DNA of 64,000 bases from Octopus vulgaris (lineage: Eukaryota): contig OX597815.1 in assembly GCA_951406725.2 (NCBI GenBank), positions 124,682,001 through 124,746,000 of the forward strand, in the 5' to 3' direction. The notes under the pieces are model-generated. The model had not been told where the DNA came from. It was given only the letters and a program-made list of their open reading frames with translations, and did not search any database. Made by a program: the position numbers and the translations under genes. Below are positions 41,881 through 55,369 of the stretch, one piece after another. How positions within the stretch are numbered: the stretch's first letter is position 1; each line of letters opens with the position of its first letter.

Positions 41881-42509
41881 CTTCTTTTCTCCTTCTTACT
41901 AAGGCACATAACATCTGGTTTTATAATGTCACTCATGTATTTAAGGGCCTTATTTTTTAAAGAGTTCAATTGCTAATGGCTTTAGAAAAAGAAGTAGCTT
42001 TGCTGGGGTTCATTGTCTTATTATTGCTACTTCTACTGCTGTTGTTGTTGTTGGTGGTGGTGGTGATGGTGGTGGTATCGTCGTCGTCAATGATGTTGCT
42101 ATGTTCCACATAGTTATCACTGCTGTTGTTGTTTTCCATCTTGTTCATGTTTTCTTTTTTCGATCTTATTCATCTTGTTGCTAATGTTGTTGGTACAGTT
42201 GCTGTTATTGTTGTTGTTTCTGCTGTTTGTGGTGATGGGCGTAGGTGATGGCGACGGTGGTGGTGGTGGTGGTGGTGGTGGTGGTACTGCTACTGCTGTA
42301 GTCGTCGTCATTATCATTGCTGCCGGTGATTTTGCATTTGCTACTGATGGGTGCAATTACATAAAATGTTACCACCACGATCTGGACAATGTAAGCAAAA
42401 TACTTGTTAAATAAAATTTCGAATAAACGGGCTGCAATCAGCCGAAGTGCTCGATTAAACACTTATAAATGACGGAGGTCCAACGTGTATGACTTCACAG
42501 GCTGACGGT

Positions 42510-42544
42510 TATAATAATAATAATAAAAATAAAAATAAAATTAA

Positions 42545-42618
<74 letters not shown>

Positions 42619-42656
42619 TAATAATGATAATAATAATAATAATAATGATAATTATT

Positions 42657-42711
<55 letters not shown>

Positions 42712-42728
42712 TGATGATGATAATAATT

Positions 42729-42772
<44 letters not shown>

Positions 42773-42801
42773 TATAATGATGATGTTAATGATGATGATG
42801 G
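42510..42801. repeat. Long (TAA/TGA)n microsatellite
   Basis: Directly visible. Confidence 0.95.
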
Positions 42802-43240
42802 TGGTTTCTTTATTAACCACAAGGGTTTACATAAGGAAAAGAATTATGGACAGTACATGACAAAACAAAGAATGTGTGTGTGTATGCGTGAGTGTGTGTT
42901 GCTGTGAGGATTTTGCGTGTAAACAGGACTAACAAAATTTTAAAAATCAACAATGTGTGATCCTCAATAGGGAGGAGACGTTAGAGGGCTGCCTATGGAA
43001 AAAATCCTATAAAAACCACAGGTACCCTGACTGTTGGGGCATGTGCCATTTTCCCATTTCCTTTTTTTCCAACTACAGGCGCATGTTCAGAGCAGGTCCG
43101 TTTACCCACACCTTTCTCGCCACCTTCATCCACCTTTCAGCAAATTGGCTTGAAGAAAATACACCCCTCTCTACCCTTATTTTCCTTTTCAAGTGAAACT
43201 TGTAGAAGTTGATCAGGGATTGGCCAAAGGGAAAAGTGTT
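42802..43240 (-). mobile_element. Tx1-like LINE 3' fragment
   Basis: gtttctttattaaccacaaggg terminus and cattcatccacctttca/ttccttttcaag segments shared with 34115-34470. Confidence 0.75.
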
Positions 43241-44129
43241 AATTATAATAACCGTATCATACCACCACTACACTAGTCATCATCACTACGTGTAGATAAA
43301 AGAGCTGGTTATGTCACCAATGTCAACATCACCTCTACACAGAACAGCAAAAATTTAAACCAGGCACAATTCAATGCAAATTTACATTATGTCAGGCACT
43401 CTGGAGAGAAAGAATAATATATAAAGAAACAAATCTAAAAGCCACCACAATCAATGAAAATTCTAGAATTAAGGCTAATGAGAAGAAAAGATAAATAGTT
43501 TGTATATCTATATGCTTATCTTTTTTCATGATTTTGTTACTATTTGATTGCTATTCCACAAACTGAAAGGCGAAGGAGCTGTATAAACTCTAGTGCACAG
43601 ACCATTTATAGCTTTAATAAAGAACTGGATTTTTAGTTTTCGCCGTAAGTCGCAAGTCGTGTTGTAGAAAGAATTAACTAAATTCATTGTGACGTCACTT
43701 AATTGAGACGCTAGCTGTTAAAGTGTAATAAAAAAAAGCAACAGTAGTAACTGCAGCAATATCAGTAGCATCAGCAGCGATAGCAGAAGCAGCATCAACA
43801 GCCATAAAATGTGATAACAAAATCAAAATAAATCCTTGATTGTTGGACAATGTCATGATGATAAGAAAACTAACATAAGCATACGTATAGAACATGTGAA
43901 TGAAAATATGATTATGATCGTCATTAGGATCATAATGATGATTATGAACGCGACCATGATTCTGATCATGGATAATAACTACGATTATGACTATGTATAT
44001 TTCTTGTGACTGAGAAAAAGATTTCTGACTGCTAATCTGGTGCTTCCAAAATAAGTGGAATAGTAATACAGATGTAGAATAGATATTCAAGAAAGATAAG
44101 TGATTACAATAATGAGTTTAGTACTTTGA

Positions 44130-44420
44130 GCAGGAAACTCAATAAGAAAGTGTAACTTAAAGATACTGGATCCCACCATCTTGCTTGGCGATAGCCTAAT
44201 CAACTGCACTGTCAGGGATGTCATGAATCTTAAAAAAAAACTGGGATTCTGAACGCTGAGAGCCTTTATTTCTCTTGATTGTGAATGATATATCTTCGCA
44301 AAAGTCCTCCACTGCTTTTCGAATCTTGAGAACGTAGCTGGAGATCTTCAAGTCACTAAGGTTGACAACCAGAGCTACAATCATGACGTAAGTTTTTAAT
44401 TCCCGTAAGAGTGGTATTTA
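44130..44420 (-). mobile_element. Tc1/mariner-superfamily transposase N-terminal remnant
   Basis: MIVALVVNLSDLKISS...KIRKAVE...KRNKGSQRSE...AIAK resembles the HTH region of a Tc1/mariner transposase; highly degraded. Confidence 0.45.
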
Positions 44421-44745
44421 CAATGTTTCATGTGTAGCTATTAATACGAAATAAATATGTTTTAATGTTTTTATTCCGACTGTACATTTAACAAAATACA
44501 GAGAAATAGGTACATCGTTCAGCCGTCCACAAATATAAGATGGCAGATTCTAGTGCTGAATAATTAATACTTGTGAAAACATACGCTTATAAAGACTGAC
44601 TATAACAGTGTATGTACGAGTTAAATATCAGATATAATATCAACAAAGTAAAAATGTGTATGTGTTGTGTGTGTTTGCGTTTTGAGCGTGTCTGTGTGCA
44701 TGCGTGCGTGAGTGTGCGCGTGCGTACGTGCGTGTGTGTGTGTGC

Positions 44746-44790
<45 letters not shown>

Positions 44791-45169
44791 TGGGTGTGTG
44801 GGTGTGTGTGCTTGTTTGCGAGCGAGCGCATGAATGTGTATATGTGTATGTGGAAATTTTGGGGTTATTCTATCTGGCAACGTACGAGACAATGCTGTAA
44901 ACGAAATACAAACTGTCTTTTACGTTTCCTCATCTATTGTACAGCCATTCTCTGTTTCACACTTTATATATGGAGATTTTGCCGTTTGTACTGTATATCT
45001 GTGGGCGTATATGATTTCTTTTAAGGCCTTTACTCTGATGTAGTTGTATGGATACCGTTATAATATTACATGTCTTGGATACTTCTAGGCCTGAATTCCG
45101 TAACACTCCACGTTTGGCTACGGCCAACTTCTCCAAGAAAGGGAAGAACCGAAGTACAGGACTCGTATT

Positions 45170-45300
45170 TCATTTATCTATCTGAAAATGACAAAAAGCA
45201 AAGTTGACCTCGTCAATATTTGAACTCATAACACTGAGAGCCAGGACAAATACTGTAAGCAAATATATCTGACGGTTTACGGATTCTGCTGAATCACCCC
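45170..45300 (-). mobile_element. Degenerate SINE family B
   Basis: gcaaagttgacctcgtcaatatttgaactca...ggattctgc. Confidence 0.6.
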
Positions 45301-45348
45301 TTAAGTATATAAGCGCACACATACTACATATACATACACACATACATG

Positions 45349-45380
<32 letters not shown>

Positions 45381-45452
45381 TACATACATACATACATACA
45401 TACATACATACATACATACATACATACATACATACATACATACATACATACA

Positions 45453-47405
45453 TAATTCCAAGGGGACAGCCTCTCTGTGATGTTGTTTATACTTTCTGTA
45501 AACCCCTTGTCATTCATGTTAAGGAAGTCTGAAGAATATTTCACTGGTTCACAAGGAAACAGAATTACACACTGTTTCTTTGTGGATGACTTGAAACTTT
45601 ATGCAAATAATATGCATGAGATTAAAAAGAGCCTTGGCCTAGTTACAACATCCTGAAAGGATGTAGGGTTGGAGTTTGGTCAGGATAAATGTTGTTCTAT
45701 GGTTGTGAAAAGGGGGAAAACTATAAGCCAGACTAGCAACATCTCCATCAGGGATTTGACTGTTTCCCCTATATCTGACGAGGAATGTTACAGGTACATA
45801 GGGGTGGATGAAAACATATCTGACAATGGCACCTTTAACAAAGCACGTGTTACTACAGAATATTACATATTTCTTTATTTTACAATCGAATAAAGAAAGT
45901 TTGAACATCAGAACTCTCTGCATTCAATAAAACAGTGGCCCACAATGTGTTTTTTCAGTGCCAGTACCAACATTTGGGCTACTTGACTGGACACTTGATG
46001 AGATCCGAGCCATTGATGTGGAAATCCAAAGAATACTAATAAGCACACATAATTTCCGCATAAACAGTGACGTAGACCGCTTCTACCTAAAACGAAAACA
46101 AGGCGGCAGAGGCTTAACTTCGATCCAAAATGCGTTTGAATGTCGTATCATATCCCTTCGGCAACATCTTTTAACCACCAGGATGTCGAAGTGCATCCCT
46201 TGACCAAGTTTGCATACATGAGGCTGATAACATCGTAAGACATGGAAGGTAACTCCTTGAGCAACATTCTTTGTCTGATAACCTTAAATACATGCCCAAA
46301 GAAGTCACACAACTCTACCGCAACGTATCAACAGATGAAAGTATGAGCATATAAGAGCAGAAGATTATGCATGGATATGTTAGTAGAAAGGTGCGAGATA
46401 ATAGTAACATTGATCATCAAAGTAGTCTATCATGGACCAATAGCCGGGTTATTACCTCTCGCTTTGAAGGTTATGGGTTTGGAATCCAGGAACAGGAAAT
46501 ATGAACCAAATATCTGATGCACAAAAGGGATAGAGATGCTGGAAAAACAGTAAAATATGACATCTGATGCAGATTTTGTGGGGTTAACACCGAAGATATC
46601 ACCCACATCATAAGCAGTTGTTCAAAAATGTCATCACGGTATTATTTACCGATGAGACATGATGTTGTAGCTAGGACACTCTATAATGAAATCCATTGAA
46701 AGGATAGACCCAAATAAGAACTAAGAACCCACAGTATGGTAGAAGCCATAGTCACACATAATAAAAAGGAGTACTGGTGGAATATCCCAGTGAAGACTTC
46801 AATAAAATGTAAGCATAACAGAGCTGATATAATGATTTGGAATCAGAAGAGAAGCTGTGTACAGTTGTGGAAATTAGCTGTCCAGCGGATATTAACATAA
46901 AGCTGAAGGTAAGTGAAAAAGAGAATACCTACGCTGAACTATTGAGAAATCTACAGTTACTCTATCCTGATTACGAGTTCAGGTTTATACCTATAATTAT
47001 TGGGGCCCTGGGATATGTAACACACTGCCTAAATACCAATCTTGAGAAATTAGGCTTTTCAAAACCAGAAAGGAGAAAGTTAATTCAAGACTACAGATCC
47101 AATCCATCATTGGAACTGTAAAAATCTGTAAAACGTTCCAGAAGTTTATCATTTAAATATATATGATCATGTCTGGACATGCAACTATATGCATGAGAAT
47201 ACATAAAGCAAAACGTACAAGTCTGCACTTATACATACATACATACATACATACATACATACATACATACATACATACATACATACATACATACATACGA
47301 ACAAAAATACTGTATTGTTGATGCTGAAATTCCAACGAAGGAGCCTTGGATCAAGGTGAGAAACCGTTTCTTTCTCTATTGGTAAGAAATCTTGAAATAT
47401 AACTG
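45453..47405 (+). mobile_element. 5'-truncated R4/Dong-like non-LTR retrotransposon (relative of the 19491 copy)
   Basis: Begins right after (CATA)n with FQGDSLSVMLFILSVNP; then FFVDDLKLYA, YRYIGVDEN, DVDRFYLKRKQGGRGL, CRFCG...HIISSC...RHDVVA, VEISCPAD...SEKENTY. Stop near 47156; the 3' UTR contains (TACA)n. Confidence 0.9.
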
Positions 47406-47780
47406 GACAATGGTATACATGTATGTATATGTGTGTGCGTGTGCGTAAGTGTGTGTGTTTTATGTAGGTATACAGTTGTACTTTGGCTTGTAAAGATTGG
47501 TACTGCACAAATTGAGATTGGTGTAAAACGTTTTAAATATTAAAAAAATAAAATCTAAGCAAACATTTATTGAACTTAGACTAAATACAATTATCCCACG
47601 CAAACACACACATATAAGCGCGCGCATATATACATATTTTCGTATGTGGGTAAACCTATGGTACTTTTCTTACACCGGTTTCAGAATCTATATTTTTTAC
47701 GTTTGACAATTATGTCGCGTAACTTTGCAGTTCCAAAACTATCAAGTTACAGAAAAATAACAATATGATTTACTCTTTAC

Positions 47781-47900
47781 ATCAAGCATGGGCAACTTTT
47801 TTCGAGGAGTGGGCTGCATGAGACGTGGCTGGCTCATCATCAAGTGGACCGCACAACTAAAAACATTCAGTGTAACTTTTCCTAGGCCGCAGCTTTCTTT
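47781..47900. mobile_element. Possible hAT (Charlie-like) terminus
   Basis: caagcatgggcaactttttt...gggctgca...ggaccgcac resembles CAGGCATGGGCAAC...GGGCCGCA ends; the partner end is not convincing. Confidence 0.3.
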
Positions 47901-48242
47901 GACTGTTATAGACCATTTTTCTGCTTTTGATATGAAATTTCTCTCCAACATTTTCTTCCAGAAAAGACGGTTTCATCGTCATTAAATATTTCTCTTAAAG
48001 AACAGAAAACTGTATTTTAGTTAAAAGTGATACAAATTTCGTGCAGTTCATTTTAATCACTTGATCAACGTTCACTGTGCAGTTTGCTATTATGTAGAAA
48101 GCTTTGACTGAAAATCAGTTTTCAACTCATTCCTTGCTGTCCCTAAAATCCAGGTTTTATTTGATTTGTCATGTTCATTTCATTAAAAATTCTTTCGGTT
48201 TTTTCCCCCCTACAAATAGCGTTGCTATATATAATAAAAGTA

Positions 48243-49896
48243 CCGTAATCCGTGGTGAATAGGGACAATTTTGAGGTTCAAATGTATGTCACTAAGCGAC
48301 TGCAATAGCATTTACTGATTAATTTACTGACCTATGTCCCTACAGGTAACCTACCGACGCACATTGAAACTTTATCAAAATTCGTTGGTACACCCATTTT
48401 TTAAAATAAAAATATCTGTTATCTACAGCACACTACTGTACCTATTCAACTAGCTGCAGGGTAAATACGGACAAATAAAAAACTACAGGTAAACAAAGGG
48501 ATACGATGTGAACAGATTATTGGCAGAATTAAAAAAGCTGTGTCGAATTTAGTGGCAGAAATATGAAGGATATATCGTTCTCCTTACAGGTTTTTATCAC
48601 TTCTAAGGACAAATGTGAATTTAGAGTGTCGCCAATCAAAACTTGTTTTCCTGCCAGTTTTTTCAGATAAGGTAAGGCTATGGTTGTAAACCAGTCACTG
48701 AAACTTTGAAGATCAAACCAGCCCGACTTACTTCTATTGTATCGGGCACCATTTGGCCCACCGAATGTCCATGTGTCGTACAGGTTAACAGCCTTGTACA
48801 CAATGTAAGGAGGGATAAGAATACCATCAGCCGCGGCGGCGTATATCAAAGAAGTAGATACTTTAGAGGTGGATATTTCTGGATATTTTGTACCTCGTTT
48901 GGTGATGACTTCTTTTCGTTCCGGGTCGTCCGTTAGGTTTATTTCATCGTAGTTCACAATATTTGGTGCATGTGTACCATCTAAGCTCTCAGCTAAATTG
49001 TTGAAATACGAGTTTATTGTAGGTTGAGAGACGGTGGCTTGTGCTCGATTGATATTTTGGCTTATTCGTTCTCTTAAATTGTCTTTATGTCTCATTAGAA
49101 ATGACTCAGCCCAATCTACACCAGGCATATTCCCTTTGAATCTTTTCACATCGACACCTCGGCGATCCATGTATCCTTTAACGATCAGTCGCACATCATA
49201 GGAGTCCATCGGATAGCCCCAAGAGGCACACAGCACGAGCCTTTGTACAAGAATTTTCTCCTCACCTGAAAACAAAACAGTCTGTCCACCATGTTTCTTG
49301 ATATTTTTCCCCAACTTGATGTGCCGATGAAGAACACTCTTAGGAATTTTGAAGTCCTCTTCTGCTTTTCTGGGTGTCATTCCGTTGGCGACAGCTCTTT
49401 TGGTGGCGTCTAGCTGCTCAGGATCTGTTTTGGCGTATTTTTTCTTCCCAGGAACTGGTTTGTACTGTCACGGCATGGTGTCCCTATTCACCCCTACAAA
49501 ACACCAAAATAGGGGTGAAAGCAGAAATAAGCGGTGGTAAGGATAACAATGGATTTTCCGGGAAATCAGACACGTGCACTGTGTGTTTAAAACCTGCTGC
49601 AAGAGACTGAGCGGGTCGGAGCACCCTCGCTGGTACAACCTCTCCTGCAGAAAGAAGGTTCCGACAACTTTACCTTTTTGTCACAAAAACGAAACTGGGA
49701 ATTCGGTTGCCATGGCTACCGGCAGGGTGATAATATCAAAGTGATCTCATTGAACGAAAGGCATATATATGTACCTACAAAATAACTAGAAAGAAACGAG
49801 CAAAATTTGAGTCATCTCAACTTTATTGTTCTAAAATATTTTTTCCCGGTTATTGTCCCTATTTACCCCTTAGTCTCTATTCAACCCGGATTACGG
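48243..49896 (-). mobile_element. pogo/Tigger-like DNA transposon with deleted C-terminus
   Basis: TA-ccgtaatccgtggtgaatagggac ... gtctctattcaacccggattacgg-TA TIRs with TA TSD; encodes the transposase listed next. Confidence 0.92.
48529..49476 (-). pseudogene. pogo-family transposase (psq HTH, CENP-B HTH, partial DDE_1)
   Basis: ATG at 49476 with TGA at codon 3 (probable CpG decay of CGA), in frame with ORF 49380-48529: FKIPKSVLHRH, PGVDWAESFLMRH, IVNYDE, SKSGWFD, LIGDTLNSH. Ends at IFLPLNSTQLF before the expected QPLD third Asp. Confidence 0.88.
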
Positions 49897-50492
49897 TATA
49901 GCTTTTTTATAAGCAGAACTCCTGAGTTTTCTCATCCCTTATCCAAAATTATAAACCTTTCTTCCTGTGTTTTATAATGTTACTACGTATGTATAGTGCG
50001 TGTTTCGAACTTATTGAATTGTCTATTTTATTTTCTGAGGAGGTTTTATTAATTTTTTCTTAAATTTGTTTCAATAAATTTCAACTGTTTCACAGCTTCT
50101 GTCGAGTCCTTTCTATTCTAAAGTTTATTTAGTATTTTAATTTTCATTTCTATAGAAATTGGCTTTTTTTTTTTTTTAATTTGGTTTGACATTTAAAAAT
50201 ATATATCAAACTTTAGCGTGCAAATCAATCTTAGAAGTGAAATAAAGTATCATCGAAAGAAACTAAAAAAAGAAACGCGAAACTGAAACGACGAAATGAC
50301 GAAGTGGTATTTCTAAAAAATGAAATATGTAAAGAATAAAAATTCAAGCAAAACCAAAGCAGTGCTAAGATAAAACAGTGGAAAGTGTATAACCGTGGGA
50401 AGGAAACAAATTAATGTATGAACGATCATATCTATATCTACATGTATGTATGTATGTATGTATGCATGTATGTATGTATATTTGTATGTATG

Positions 50493-50840
50493 TAGTAACT
50501 TGGGAATGTAACTTCTATTATAACTCCGGGTCGACCAAATTCTTGAGGGTGGATTTGGGAAATGGAAACTGAATAAAATCTACCATATATAAATATGTAT
50601 GTATGTGTGTGCGTACGCGCAACTGTGATTGTTTTCATACGACACAACCACTTGATATACAGTTTTGGTGTGTTTACGTCGCATAACTTTGCTGTTCAGC
50701 AAAAGATACCGATAGAATTAGTGCCAGGCATTCAAAAAATCAGTACTGGGAGCAATTCGTTCGACAAAGCTTTTTCAAAGCACTGCCTCTTCATAGCTGC
50801 AGTCTAATGACTGAAACAAGTAAAAAGTAAAGAATAAAAG
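50493..50840 (+). mobile_element. Old, 5'-truncated SINE family A
   Basis: cttgggaatgtaacttctattata...ggatttgg...gctgcagtctaatgactgaaacaagtaaaa. Confidence 0.8.
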
Positions 50841-51093
50841 ACATACATACATACATACATACATACATACATACATACATACATACATACATACATACAT
50901 ACATACACATATACATACATGTACATACGTACATGCATACATACATACATACGTGCATGCATACATACATAGGCATACAACTTAGGTATACTTGCAGTGT
51001 TAATTTAATTAGCTATTATCGTATATATCTGGTTTGTTGTTGATGGCGGTTTTTAATTATGTAATTAAAATTACCTTAAAACTGAAATTTCAG

Positions 51094-51180
51094 ATATAAC
51101 GTTCAGTTGGTTTGATGGTGAGTGTGATGTGACGGTCCCAGTTATAGCAAAAGAACAGAATATTGGAAATGCGTACGCTG
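51094..51180 (+). other. Possible 87-nt symmetric (phase 1-1) exon
   Basis: tttcag| ... gctg|gtaagt; the only open frame is (D)ITFSWFDGECDVTVPVIAKEQNIGNAYA(G). Weak pyrimidine tract and no recognised homology. Confidence 0.22.
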
Positions 51181-51429
51181 GTAAGTAGGTGATTTAACAG
51201 TGCTCACGCTCGCCTTATCTCTGTTACCTGCACATATCAGTGCTAAGCCTGATTGCCATCTTGTTCAAGACACTTTTTCAAAGATTAAATATTAAAATAC
51301 ACATTAAAGGTGTAAAATTTATATCATTTTGTTTTTAATCTTTAATTTCTTCATTTCCGCTTTGTATTATAGCATTATTTTGGCTTTCTCAATCGATTTT
51401 AAACACACTCACGTACGCATGCACACACA

Positions 51430-51502
<73 letters not shown>

Positions 51503-51724
51503 ATTCATACACTCATATACGTATATTCGTGTGTATGCGTTATGCATGTATGTGGGTATATGTATCTGTGTATGTATATTTGTATGTATATAGTACATAT
51601 ATGGGTAAGCATTCATAACTATGCGAGTGTATACATGTATATGTTTGTATGTATGCATGAACATATATATACACACACATATATATATATTATATTATAT
51701 TATATTATATATATTATATTATAT

Positions 51725-51802
<78 letters not shown>

Positions 51803-52101
51803 TAATATGTAATATACATACATTCACACACATATGTGTCTGTACTAAGATAGATAGATAGAAAGATAGGCAAACAAAAAGATAAATATCAGAGGCGTTT
51901 CCAGGCATGAATGCAAGGCATGAAGTGCATGACAGATATATATAAATGAAAAAAAAATGAATGAAAATAATGAATCGGGTTTTAATAGAAATCTAATATT
52001 TTAATGAGTGACAACCAAAATGGGTGAATATGTATTGTATACATACTCAACATCAATTATATTTTTGATGAAAAGTGTACGCTCTTGCTCTAACTTTCCT
52101 A

Positions 52102-52140
<39 letters not shown>

Positions 52141-52144
52141 ATAA

Positions 52145-52315
52145 ATATTAGGGAATGAATCCAAAATTACAAAAAAATCAGATTTAGGGTTAAATCCAAT
52201 TTATAGTAAAATATTATATAATATTTATATAATGTTTATTTAATTTATATTAGAATTTTATGTATTGATTAAGTCTTTCCTTGTTTGGTTTTAAAATAGT
52301 GGTTTTGTCTCGAAT
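52145..52315. repeat. Short relative of the AT-rich element at 58585
   Basis: atattagggaatgaatccaaaattaca...agatttagggttaaatccaatt and aatagtggttttgtctc are shared with 58585-58650 and 59429-59446. Confidence 0.65.
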
Positions 52316-52416
52316 TATATTATATCATATATTATATTATATATATATATATTATAATCTTCGGATATTTATAATGTGTTATACCACTGGTATATAATAT
52401 ATATATATCATATTTC

Positions 52417-52523
<107 letters not shown>

Positions 52524-52652
52524 TATGTATATGTATATATGTATATACATGTCACATAGCCAACTGGAAACGGTGTTTCCTGGGGCTAAATAGCAGTAGC
52601 ATTGTTCCCTTTACTGGGACTACTACTTTAAGTTGGCAACAAACCATCACTT

Positions 52653-52694
<42 letters not shown>

Positions 52695-52759
52695 TATACT
52701 TTGATAGGTTTCGGCTAGTATTGACGCATGGCAAAGTCATTCAAATCAGGAATCGGACA

Positions 52760-53050
52760 ACATGGTCCACTCAAGTAGAGAGTTAGTGTTTACGGAGGTA
52801 TATCCGGGTGTAGGAGGTTTATCCGGGACTTTTGAAGGAAGTATGGGAGTTTCAGGGTATCCTCTTTTCCGAAACGGATTAAATCAAACTTTTCCTCGTT
52901 CCGCAGCATATATTATTCTTTTCCGCCCATTGGATGACAGACAGCAGATCTGACTGAAGGCATGCCCGGTCACCCACTTCATTGATGACCTTCTGGACCT
53001 TGGAATCATCTGCAAAGATCCTTATGTTACTGTGCTTGATGATGTCAGTA
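52760..53050 (-). mobile_element. CR1-group LINE fragment, internally deleted
   Basis: IRIFADDSKVQKVI...LQSDLLSVIQWAEKNN, then FLQKVPDKPPTPGYTSVNTNSLLEW, homologous to 25460-25540. Confidence 0.8.
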
Positions 53051-53750
53051 ATGATCCGTTCAGATATTCCACTCAGAAGCTCCGCAAAGGATGATACTAA
53101 TGTATTCTTGAGAGCAAACCCAACACTAGATTCTCTACGCTGACTCTTATGTAGGCCTCTCCAAAAGATAGAATATCCATAAGTAGGTTCATTTACTTGA
53201 TCCTCATCAGAGAGACGAGTTTCAGAGAGCGCAGCTATATCAAGGGAATATTTCTTGAGCTCACTTGGCCTCTTGTTGAAATTATCATCAAGAAGTGTGT
53301 GTACATTCCAACAACCGAAATTCAAAGGATGCTTATTTTTACTTTTTCTTGAAGATTGTTTGACCACAGTGGCTTGATGATGAATGGGTCCAGCCTGTGA
53401 TACACGGGGACACGTGCCGAGCTAGACCTGTTCCCCTGACGTTCTCAAACCTTTTTTGCCATTTACTGAATCTGTTTAAAACATTTTCAGTGGGTGTAGG
53501 TTGCACTGCACTACCCCAACCTATTGGCCCATGAAGACTTTCGCAGGTGTGACAGGAAAATTGACAAAATCAGGAATTTCCAAGGCGTCAGGTTTTATTT
53601 CGGAGATTTCCTTCTCCTAGGTAGATTACTAACCAAGGTTAAAGAGCTTCTACCTGCCCATGAGGTAAGCTATCCAATTCCAGACACCAAACCGACACTC
53701 ACACTATAAAGTGATTAAATATCACCCCGGGGACCGACGGGGAGTTGCTC
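53051..53750 (-). mobile_element. RTE-clade LINE 5' part (5' UTR + APE endonuclease N-terminus)
   Basis: LNFGCWNVHTLLD...LKKYSLDIAALSETRL...GYSIFWRG...SVGFALKN...GISERI; UTR motif ctacctaggagaaggaaatctccgaaataaaacc. Confidence 0.85.
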
Positions 53751-53835
53751 ATTCATAAAAGAGAAAAAAGGTACGATACGTGATTTGCAAGTGTAATTAA
53801 GAAATATATATAAATATTAAAAAGTAAAAGATATG

Positions 53836-53911
<76 letters not shown>

Positions 53912-53914
<3 letters not shown>

Positions 53915-54094
53915 AGTGCAAAGATACAATTTCTTTACAAGAACGTTTAAATAAAGAAAATTTATTCATCGAAAAGTATAGAGCAGGTCTAAAATGCACG
54001 CATGACCAACTTTGATCTCTATACATAGTTTAATTCACGATTACATACCCATCACTGTAGATATTTCTCCCCACTGCTTTAGTTATTGAATTTT

Positions 54095-54100
<6 letters not shown>
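53912..54100 (+). mobile_element. Probable Penelope-like element C-terminal (GIY-YIG end) fragment
   Basis: YQCKDTISLQERLNKENLFIEKYRAGL resembles the R..KE..FI....P.LN terminus of PLE endonucleases. Confidence 0.5.
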
Positions 54101-54155
<55 letters not shown>

Positions 54156-54267
54156 TAATTAATAATTTTACCAAGCAGTGTTAAACCCTAATTATATAAA
54201 GTTATATATATATATATATATATATATACATAGATCCCCGAGAGATGAACAATTATTTCCACTGTAC

Positions 54268-54304
<37 letters not shown>

Positions 54305-54359
54305 GTGTGTGTATGACAGTGATAGACAGTAATATGAATGTAGATTATCAGTGAAAATC

Positions 54360-55200
54360 GTAGCAAATGTGCTTTATTGCAAGTTCAGTCATATTGAGAT
54401 TTTATAATAAAAAAAGCGAAGAAACAGAAAAAAAGTGGAGCGAAAGAAAATATTTTATTTACAATTTCTGTCGTGGCGCGGATAGTTTTTGCTTTCAATT
54501 TTAGTCTCAGTACGTTAGTCTCTTCACCTTCTCAGCTTTTTCGAAGTGCTATAAGTTCAAATCTTTTAGCATGTATAGGTTTCTACGGAAAGGGTTCCAA
54601 TTGATTGATTATAATTTTGATGACGTCTTTTTCTTTTTCTCGTGGATGTTTTGGTCAAAATATTTTTGTTTTGGTAAAGTCTAGCATTTTGGTTGGTTAG
54701 TTTTCTGGTGACAGCTTTTTCTTGTTGACCACGGTCAAGGAAGAAGTTCTGATCGACTGTGGGCTTCGTGACGACACTATTTTGATCAAAAATACTTTCC
54801 GTTTCCGACAAAATACTTTTGTTTTGACAAAGTTCAGCGTTCTGCATGGTTGACTTCCTGGTAGGGATTCGGTGACTTGTTTTTGCCTGATGGTCATCTA
54901 GTGTTCCGGTTGGCTCCCTTAAGAAGTCACTATTTGTTTTCTTTTCTGAGAGTCCTGTTCCGACCAGAGAATAATTTCATGGATTTTGTCTGAAGTGACG
55001 TCAGCAACTGGTATTTTAGAATGTGTATATTTTATAGTAAGTTGGAGTTGGGGTTTCTAATACCCGAGGAAACCTGTTACATGAATTTTATCTGTTGGCT
55101 CTGGTCGTTTTTCGGGATTAAATTGGGTGTTCTCTTTCTGTTGTGTTATTATATGATATTTAGTTGCTGTTTGTATCTATAATAAACGTGTTTTCCTTAT
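54360..55200 (-). mobile_element. Possible Penelope-like 3' end/pLTR remnant
   Basis: Minus strand begins ENTFI/RYKQQLNII* (frameshifted PLE-like terminus), followed by a non-coding region with internal repeats (caaaacaaaa.tattttg). Confidence 0.35.
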
Positions 55201-55369
55201 TCAATTAGAATATATATTATATGTACACACACACACACACACACAAACACATACACACAATGATATACTATATAAGCATCCTGAATTAATTTCTGTGACT
55301 TGCATTTGGTTTCGAGGTCCCGGTCTTTAGGCCGAGTTTATCACCACGCGTTATGCCAGTTTATTACCA

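Noticed and set aside
44380-44395. Plus-strand donor-like GAC|GTAAGT
   Set aside because: It lies within an antisense transposase remnant, with no supporting acceptor or open frame
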